From: Dehalococcoidia bacterium
GTDB taxonomy: Bacteria > Chloroflexota > Dehalococcoidia > DSTF01 > CAZFGZ01
Length of the DNA stretch: 63,852 bases
Reading direction: 5' to 3'
Assembly (NCBI GenBank): GCA_049678585.1
Contig: JBAUEL010000064.1
Span: 1 to 63,852 of the forward strand
In this document: one piece after another, positions 57,692 to 63,852 of the stretch
Numbering within the stretch: position 1 is the first letter of the stretch
How the letters are laid out: each line of letters begins with the position of its first letter
Position numbers and translations under genes: made by a program
Notes under the pieces: generated by a model
What the model was told of the DNA's origin: nothing
Database searches by the model: none
Seen by the model: the letters and a program-made list of their open reading frames with translations, nothing else

Positions 57692-59134
57692 GTGAAAGAC
57701 CTGGTCATGCGGGCCCTAGACACCGCCAGAACCCGAGGCGCTTCCTACGCCGACGTGCGGGTAGTCCGCCGCAGAAGCGAGTCGGTAACGGTCCGCAACG
57801 AGAATGTGGAGGGGCTCGCCGCCGATGAGACCCTGGGCTTCGGCGTGCGGGTTATTGTGGAGGGCTTCTGGGGCTTCGCCAGCAGCCACCGCATGTCCCT
57901 AGAGGAGGCCTCTCGGGTAGCGGCCCAGGCCGTGCGCGTCGCCAGGGCCTCTGCCACCGTGCGGGGCCCCCGCGCGGACATCGGCCCGCCCAGCCCGGTA
58001 ACCGACACCTATCGCAGCACCTTCCAGAAGGACCCGTTCGCCGTCTCGCTGGAGGACAAGATCGCGCTGCTCCTGAAGGCCAACGAATCCATGCAAAGGA
58101 TTCAGGGCATCGTCATGGCCGAGTCAAACCTGTACTGCCAGCGGGAGGAGAAGACCTTCGGCAGCAGCGAGGGCAGCTACATCGAGCAGGAGATGGTGGA
58201 GACGGGCTGCGGCATCGAGGCCACCGCCGTCAGCGAGGGAGAGGTGCAGCAGCGCTCCTACCCCAACAGCGTGGGCCGCCACCAGGGCACCGAGGGCTGG
58301 GAGTTCGTGGAGCGCTGGGACCTGCCCGCCAACGCCACCCGCGTGGCGGAGGAGGCCGTGGCTCTGCTTACGGCCAAGCCCTGCCCCCCCGGCGTGACCA
58401 CCCTCATCCTGGACGGCAGCCAGGTGGCCCTCCAGGTCCACGAGTCCTGCGGCCACGCCATCGAGCTGGACCGGGTGCTGGGGACGGAGGCGGCCTTCGC
58501 CGGCACCAGCTTCCTCACCACCGACAAGCTGGGCAGCTTCCAGTACGGCTCCCCCGTGGTCAACCTCACCGCCGACGCTACCATCCCCGGCGGCCTGGGC
58601 ACCTTCGGCTACGACGACGAGGGCATCCCCGCCCACCGCACCCCCATCGTGCGCGACGGCATCTTCTTGGGCTATCTCACCTCCCGGGAGACAGCGGCCG
58701 CCCTGGGCCAGACCAGCAACGGCGCCATGCGCGCCTCCGGCTGGAACCGCATCCCCCTTATCCGCATGACCAACGTAAACCTGGAGCCGGGCGAGTGGAC
58801 CCTCCAAGACCTCATCGCCGACACCGACGAAGGCATCTACATGGAGACCAACCGAAGCTGGAGCATCGACGACCGACGCCTCAACTTCCAGTTCGGCACG
58901 GAGATCGCCCGCGAGATCAAGAAGGGCAAGCTGGGCGAACTCATCAAGAACGCCACCTACACCGGCATCACCCCCCAGTTCTGGGGGAGCTGCGACGCCG
59001 TGTGCAACCGCGACCACTGGGTAGTGTGGGGCACCCCCAACTGCGGCAAGGGCCAGCCCGAGCAGGTGGCCCACACCGGCCACGGCGCCGCCCCCGCCCG
59101 CTTCCGCAACGTCCAGGTGGGCATGATGAGGTAG
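57692..59134 (+). CDS. tldD: TldD family metalloprotease (GTG start)
   Basis: ASYADVRV...GFGVRV N-domain and the HESCGH zinc motif (HExxxH). Confidence 0.9.
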   Translation: MKDLVMRALDTARTRGASYADVRVVRRRSESVTVRNENVEGLAADETLGFGVRVIVEGFWGFASSHRMSLEEASRVAAQAVRVARASATVRGPRADIGPPSPVTDTYRSTFQKDPFAVSLEDKIALLLKANESMQRIQGIVMAESNLYCQREEKTFGSSEGSYIEQEMVETGCGIEATAVSEGEVQQRSYPNSVGRHQGTEGWEFVERWDLPANATRVAEEAVALLTAKPCPPGVTTLILDGSQVALQVHESCGHAIELDRVLGTEAAFAGTSFLTTDKLGSFQYGSPVVNLTADATIPGGLGTFGYDDEGIPAHRTPIVRDGIFLGYLTSRETAAALGQTSNGAMRASGWNRIPLIRMTNVNLEPGEWTLQDLIADTDEGIYMETNRSWSIDDRRLNFQFGTEIAREIKKGKLGELIKNATYTGITPQFWGSCDAVCNRDHWVVWGTPNCGKGQPEQVAHTGHGAAPARFRNVQVGMMR

Positions 59135-59356
59135 CATGCCCCTCGGCGGACTTCAGCGGTTGTCCTGCCCTGCCGAAAATGCACTCGCCGGGGGCGTATC
59201 CTCTCAGGCCCTCACACGGAACAGGGGTGCCCGCCGCAGGTCACCCCGAGCCCCCGGCAATAACTTCTCCCCCTCTGCCCTGTTGCTGGCTTGACCACGC
59301 CGCTATGATAGTAAGCAGCGAGCGCCGCCCCGAGGCGGCTTTGCCCGAACGTTCCA

Positions 59357-59740
59357 GTGCAGAGAGAACATTTCGAGGAGCTGGTTCGGCGCGCCCTGGA
59401 GGAACTGCCGCCGCGGTTCGCCGAGCACCTCGCCAACATCGAGGTGGAGGTGCGAGACCTCCCCTCCCGCGAGGAGCTACGGGCGACCCGCGTCGGGCCC
59501 GGCCATACCCTGCTGGGCCTCTACCAGGGCATCCCGCAGACCAGGCGGGGACGCGGCTACCAGATGGTCCTGCCCGATCGCATCATCATCTACCAGCGGC
59601 CCATCGAGCGGCTCTGCCGCAGCGATGACGAAGTGGTGCAGCGCGTCCGGGAGGTAGTGATCCACGAGATCGCCCACCACTTCGGCATCAGCGATGCCAG
59701 GCTGCGGGAGATCGAAGGCTGGCGCCGAAGGAAGCAGTAG
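59357..59740 (+). CDS. minimal zincin-like metallopeptidase (Zincin_1/DUF1025-like; GTG start)
   Basis: 127 aa with VVIHEIAHHFGISD (HExxH) near the C-terminus. Confidence 0.7.
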   Translation: MQREHFEELVRRALEELPPRFAEHLANIEVEVRDLPSREELRATRVGPGHTLLGLYQGIPQTRRGRGYQMVLPDRIIIYQRPIERLCRSDDEVVQRVREVVIHEIAHHFGISDARLREIEGWRRRKQ

Positions 59741-59782
59741 ACAGGGAGGGACAGCTCGCCCCTCCCCTGAAAGGAGCCCCCT

Positions 59783-61120
59783 ATGCTCGGCGAGGCTGAA
59801 CTGAAGAACCTGGCGGACCGCGTCCTGGCCGTGAGCAAGGCCGACCAGACCGAGGCGCTCCTCTTCGCCACCGACTCGGCCCTCACCCGCTTCGCCAACA
59901 ACTACATCCACCAGAACGTCGAGCAGACCAACGTAGACATCCGCGTCCGCGCCGTCTTGGGAAGGAAGGTCGGCGTGGCCTCCAGCAACGAGATGTCCGA
60001 CGAGGCCCTCCGCCGCGTCGTCGAGCAGGCCACCACCCTGGCCCGTCACCAGAAGGAGAACCCCGGCTTTGAGTCGCTGCCCGGGCCAGCGCCCCTCCAG
60101 CGCATGGAGGTGTTCGTCGAGCGCACCGCCCGCTGTACCCCCGAGGAGCGGGCTAACGTGGTCGGTCGCATCTGCGATGCCGCCTCCCACGCCGGCCTCA
60201 CCGCCGCCGGGGCCTTGCGTACCGGCGCCGCCGAGGTGGCCGTGGCCAACTCCCTGGGCCTCTTCGCCTATCATCGCGACACCACCGCCGACATCACTAC
60301 CGTGGTCATGGGCGAGAGCAGCAGCGGCCACGCCGAGCGCGTCGGCACAGACGTGGGAGACATCGACGGCGAAGAGGTGGCCGCCGAGGCCGTGGACAAG
60401 GCCCTGCGCAGCGCCAACCCCGTCGGGCTGGAGCCCGGCGAGTACGAGGTGGTCCTCCAGGAGTACGCCGTAGCCGACCTGCTCGACTTCCTGGCCTACC
60501 TCTCCTTCGGCGCCCAGGCTTTCCAGGAGAAGCGCAGCTTCATGGCCGGCCGCCTGGGCGAGAAGGTCATGGGCGAGAACGTCAGCATCTGGGACGATGG
60601 CCTCTCCCACAATACCATCCCCAACCCCTTCGACTTCGAGGGGGTGCCCAAGCAGCGGGTGGACTTCGTCGAGAAGGGTATCGCCCGCGACGTGGTCTGG
60701 GACACCTACACCGCGGGCAAGGAGGGCCGGAAGTCTACCGGCCACGCCCTTCCCGCCAGCGCCACCTTCGGCCCCATCCCCATGAACATGTTCCTGGGGA
60801 CCGGCACCGCCACCACGGAGGAGATGGTAGCCAGCACCAAGCGCGGCCTGTGGGTGAGCCGCTTCTGGTACACGCGACCCGTGCACCCCTTGAAAGTAGT
60901 GGTGACGGGAATGACCCGCGATGGCACCTTCCTCATCGAGAATGGGAAGATCACCACGCCCATCAAGAACCTGCGCTTCACCCAGAGCTACCTGGATGCC
61001 CTTAACTGCGTCGAACTGATCGGTCGAGAAGCCACCATCCAGCAGGCCATCGGAGGGGTGAGCCGGGTGCCTGCCCTCAAGATCGCCCGCTGGAACTTCA
61101 CCGGCGTCAGCGAGTACTAG
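59783..61120 (+). CDS. pmbA: PmbA/TldE family metalloprotease partner
   Basis: TldD/PmbA fold without HExxxH. ALTRFANNYIHQN is a typical PmbA N-domain block. Length 445 aa. Confidence 0.85.
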   Translation: MLGEAELKNLADRVLAVSKADQTEALLFATDSALTRFANNYIHQNVEQTNVDIRVRAVLGRKVGVASSNEMSDEALRRVVEQATTLARHQKENPGFESLPGPAPLQRMEVFVERTARCTPEERANVVGRICDAASHAGLTAAGALRTGAAEVAVANSLGLFAYHRDTTADITTVVMGESSSGHAERVGTDVGDIDGEEVAAEAVDKALRSANPVGLEPGEYEVVLQEYAVADLLDFLAYLSFGAQAFQEKRSFMAGRLGEKVMGENVSIWDDGLSHNTIPNPFDFEGVPKQRVDFVEKGIARDVVWDTYTAGKEGRKSTGHALPASATFGPIPMNMFLGTGTATTEEMVASTKRGLWVSRFWYTRPVHPLKVVVTGMTRDGTFLIENGKITTPIKNLRFTQSYLDALNCVELIGREATIQQAIGGVSRVPALKIARWNFTGVSEY

Positions 61121-61357
61121 CGGGGTGCGGCAGGCAAGCAGGACTCATCGGCCCAAGCCATCACTTAGGGTCATCCCTGATGGATATGCCGGATGGCATG
61201 TGTGTACGATACACTGAACGCTGCTTGGAAGGACGCTTCGACGCCTTGTTCAATCTCAGGCTGTCCGAACCCCTGTTCACAGCCGAGAAACGTGCTACAC
61301 TAAGCAGCGTTAAGAAACGCAATCGCCCGAAGGCCATAACTTTGGGAAGGTAGTGAG

Positions 61358-61882
61358 ATGGAAGGGATTCTCTCTCAGGCGGTTACCAAGGAGCGAGTCG
61401 TCCGCCTGGTGGATGGCACTGCCACCGTCCACTGCGAAGCCCTGGAGCTGGTGACCCAGGAGGCGCCGGAGTTCGTGGACATCACCGACGAGGTCCGCGC
61501 AGTAGTGGCTGGCTCCGGGGTGCGCTTCGGTCAGGTGACCATTTTCTCCACTCATACCACCGCCGCCATCAAGATCAACGAGAACGAACCCCTCCTCCTG
61601 GTCGACATGGCCCGCACCCTCTCCCAGTTCGCCCCTGTGGACGCTCGCTACGAGCACAACGATTTCTCCCGTCGCACCGTCAACATGAACGAGGAAGAGT
61701 GCCAGAACGGCCACGCTCACTGCCAGCACCTCTTCCTCAGCGCCAGCGAGACGGTGCCCATCATGGAAGGGCGGCTCACCCTGGGCCAGTGGCAGCGCAT
61801 CTTCCTGGTGGAGCTGGACCGCCCTCGCCGACGGCGCGTGCTGGTCAACGTCACGGGGGTCGGCGCGGCCTCCCCGTCGTGA
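61358..61882 (+). CDS. yjbQ: YjbQ/UPF0047 family (secondary thiamine-phosphate synthase-like) protein
   Basis: VTIFSTHTTAAIKINENEP...GHAHCQHL...GRLTLGQWQRIFLVELD. Confidence 0.85.
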   Translation: MEGILSQAVTKERVVRLVDGTATVHCEALELVTQEAPEFVDITDEVRAVVAGSGVRFGQVTIFSTHTTAAIKINENEPLLLVDMARTLSQFAPVDARYEHNDFSRRTVNMNEEECQNGHAHCQHLFLSASETVPIMEGRLTLGQWQRIFLVELDRPRRRRVLVNVTGVGAASPS

Positions 61883-62550
61883 CTTCTGCGGACCCACTGC
61901 CTCCTCACCACCCCATCACCATCGCCCATAGCGCCGGCAACGACCTCGCTCTCCTCCGGCGCGCCCTGGAGGCGGACGTGGACATGGTGGAAGCGGATGT
62001 CTGGCAGCATCGCGGCCGCCTGATCCTGCGTCATGACCACAAGCTCCCCCTGCTCCCCATCCTCGTCGACCAGTGGCATGTGCGCCTGGACCGCGCCCAC
62101 CTCACCCTGGACGAGCTCCTGGGGATTCTGGATCAGAGGGTTCGCCTGTTTCTCGACATCAAGAGTGCGGAGTGGAGCGCCGCCCAGGCTGTGCTGGAAG
62201 CCCTGAGCCGACACCGGGCCGAAGCCAGCACCGAGCTATGTTTCAAGCATTGGGGGGTTCTCACCGCACTGAGAGAGGCCCGCCCCGGCCTCACCCTCTT
62301 TCACTCCGTCAGCAACCGCTGGCGGCTCCGCGCCTTCCTTCGCCTGCTGGACGGCCCGGCCGGGCCGGTAGCGCTCTCCGCGCGACACAGCCTGCTCGAT
62401 GAGGGACTGGTAGGGCGGCTGAAAGAGCGGGGCGTGCGTACCTACGCCTGGATCGTGCGCCGGCGGCGGCGGGCGGAAGAACTCCTGCGCTGGGGCGTCC
62501 AGGGCATCACCAGTGACGACCTCGACCTGCTGGCCGCCCTCAGGTCATAG
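61879..62550 (+). CDS. glycerophosphodiester phosphodiesterase-like (GDPD/PI-PLC-like) protein (GTG start)
   Basis: ITIAHSAGN...VDMVEADVWQHRGRLILRHD is a GDPD-like N-terminal pattern. GTGA overlap with the yjbQ stop. Confidence 0.55.
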   Translation: MTSADPLPPHHPITIAHSAGNDLALLRRALEADVDMVEADVWQHRGRLILRHDHKLPLLPILVDQWHVRLDRAHLTLDELLGILDQRVRLFLDIKSAEWSAAQAVLEALSRHRAEASTELCFKHWGVLTALREARPGLTLFHSVSNRWRLRAFLRLLDGPAGPVALSARHSLLDEGLVGRLKERGVRTYAWIVRRRRRAEELLRWGVQGITSDDLDLLAALRS

Positions 62551-63660
62551 GGCGCCTTGAGCGCCCTCGGTGGTTCGGCCCCGGCGGATGAGGTGCGCCG
62601 CTGTCGCCTTGAACGAGGCGAAGACCTCGCTGCCCACATCCAGCCCCAGGTCCTCCAGCGAACGCTTCGTGATCATCGCCACCAGCGGGAAGCCGCAGTC
62701 AACGGTCAGGCGGGCTTGCCCGGACACGAGGAGCACGCGGCGCACCCTGCCGCGAAGCCGGTTGCGGGCACTGGTGGGAGCCACACCATTGGTGGGAAGG
62801 TGTAGCACCACCTCCTCCGGACGCAGGCAGAGGAGGACGTCGTCGGGAGGCGGGCTGGCGGTAGCCACCTCCACGCGCTGACCTGCCACATCCAGCACCG
62901 CCAGGCCGTCATCAAAGGAAAGCACCCTGGCCAGAACCACCGTCTCTACCCCGACGAAAGCCGCTACCTCCGCATCAACCGGTGAGGCGAAGACCTCCGC
63001 TGTGGGGCCGACCTGACGGATGTCACCGTTCATCAGCACAAGCATGCGGCCACCCAGACGCATCGCCTCGTCGCGATCATGGGTGACAAAGACGCTGGTG
63101 ACGCCCGTCTCACGCAGGACGGCCGAGAGGTCATCGAGGAGTTCCTCACGCGTTGGCTGGTCCAGGGCGCTGAAGGGCTCGTCCAGCAGCAGCACCTCGG
63201 GCTCCAGGGCGAAGGCTCGCGCCAGGCTAACCCGCTGCGCCTCGCCACCTGAAAGGGTCTGCGCGGAGCGCCCAGCCAGGTGAGCGATGCCGAAGCGCTC
63301 CATCCAGCGGGCCGTCTTCTGCCGACGGGCGGCGCGGGGCTCTCCTCGCAGTCGCAGCCCCATGGCCACGTTGTCGGCCACCGAGCGGTGGAGAAGCAAG
63401 GGATCCTGAAACACCACCGCCATGCGCCGCCGCAGGGCCAGCTCGCGACCTCGTACCGGTTGCCCCTCGAAGAGCACCTCACCCTCCGAGGGCCGTTGCA
63501 GCAGGGCGAGCGTCTCCAGCAGGACGCTCTTGCCCGCGCCGTTGGGCCCGATGATCACCAGCACCTCCCCCTCGAGGACGTCCAGGTGCGGCACCCTCAC
63601 CAGCTCGGCCTTTCGGCGCCGCACCCGCACATCGCGAAGGGACAGCTTGGCTCTGCTCAT
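62545..63660 (-). CDS. ABC transporter ATP-binding protein with C-terminal TOBE/Mop-like domain (molybdate/tungstate type)
   Basis: Walker A GPNGAGKS, signature LSGGEAQR, Walker B LLLDEP. The C-terminus RLRGRVRRV...LTVDCGFPLVAMITK...VFASFKATAAHLI is TOBE-like. Confidence 0.85.
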   Translation of the reverse strand: MSRAKLSLRDVRVRRRKAELVRVPHLDVLEGEVLVIIGPNGAGKSVLLETLALLQRPSEGEVLFEGQPVRGRELALRRRMAVVFQDPLLLHRSVADNVAMGLRLRGEPRAARRQKTARWMERFGIAHLAGRSAQTLSGGEAQRVSLARAFALEPEVLLLDEPFSALDQPTREELLDDLSAVLRETGVTSVFVTHDRDEAMRLGGRMLVLMNGDIRQVGPTAEVFASPVDAEVAAFVGVETVVLARVLSFDDGLAVLDVAGQRVEVATASPPPDDVLLCLRPEEVVLHLPTNGVAPTSARNRLRGRVRRVLLVSGQARLTVDCGFPLVAMITKRSLEDLGLDVGSEVFASFKATAAHLIRRGRTTEGAQGAL

Positions 63661-63665
63661 GCTGG

Positions 63666-63852
63666 CTATTCCTGCTGCTGGACCGTCGTCAGGATCACGT
63701 TGACCAGGAAGATGAGGGCCAGGAGGATGACCGAGAGGGCGATCGCCGGCGCGAACTCGCCGCGGCTGGTCTCCAACACCACCGCCGTGGTGAGCACCCG
63801 CGTCTCGCCGGCAAGGTTGCCGCCCACCATGAGGGAGGCCCCTATCTCGGAG
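63666..63852 (-). CDS. ABC transporter permease, C-terminal part (tungstate TupB-like; 5' end outside window)
   Basis: The reverse-strand translation to the stop at 63666-63668 reads SEIGASLMVGGNLAGETRVLTTAVVLETSRGEFAPAIALSVILLALIFLVNVIL. It is not in the ORF track because its start lies outside the window. Confidence 0.7.
   Translation of the reverse strand, partial: SEIGASLMVGGNLAGETRVLTTAVVLETSRGEFAPAIALSVILLALIFLVNVILTTVQQQE

Overview
High-G+C bacterial chromosomal segment. G+C was judged by eye, not computed. Gene content, TTGACA-17-TATAAT-type promoters and frequent 4-nt ATGA/GTGA gene overlaps would fit a Chloroflexota/Thermomicrobia-like organism, but that is only a guess.

Most of the window is housekeeping:
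- dnaX (3' end)-ybaB-recR-recO
- metG-tatD-polyprenyl synthase, rsmI, a GuaB3-like protein
- prfA-prmC, hisS, relA/spoT, comM
- a pyrimidine operon on the minus strand (pyrR-pyrB-pyrC-carA ... carB-pyrK ... pyrD)
- a nuoI-nuoG pair
- siroheme-decarboxylase-like genes with a radical SAM/SPASM gene
- glgC, tldD/pmbA, yjbQ
- a tungstate/molybdate-type ABC transporter

Accessory or unusual content:
1. Two paralogous ydaO-yuaA-type (c-di-AMP) riboswitch candidates. One sits in front of an orphan 110-aa double-CxxC protein (about 28.6-28.75 kb, minus strand). The other has its own promoter and terminator in front of glgC (about 56.0-56.2 kb, plus strand). These are the observations I consider most worth follow-up.
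2. A variable segment between tRNA-Arg(CCG) (24.4 kb) and tRNA-Pro(UGG) (32.7 kb). It has att-like direct repeats: a 13-bp copy of the tRNA-Arg 3' end, and a 48-nt copy of the tRNA-Pro 3' half. No integrase is present. A visibly lower-G+C patch there carries a spore-photoproduct-lyase-family radical SAM gene.
3. A lower-G+C Dam-type methyltransferase plus a candidate PD-(D/E)XK nuclease, with a methyltransferase relic, wedged between pyrK and pyrD.
4. A membrane-anchored NB-ARC/TPR STAND NTPase.
5. An OmpR-type regulator with a degenerate receiver, preceded by a frameshifted partial duplicate of itself.
6. A small MITE-like repeat family.

No CRISPR array, rRNA, transposase or integrase was seen. 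All family calls come from reading motifs in the supplied translations. No database search was run.
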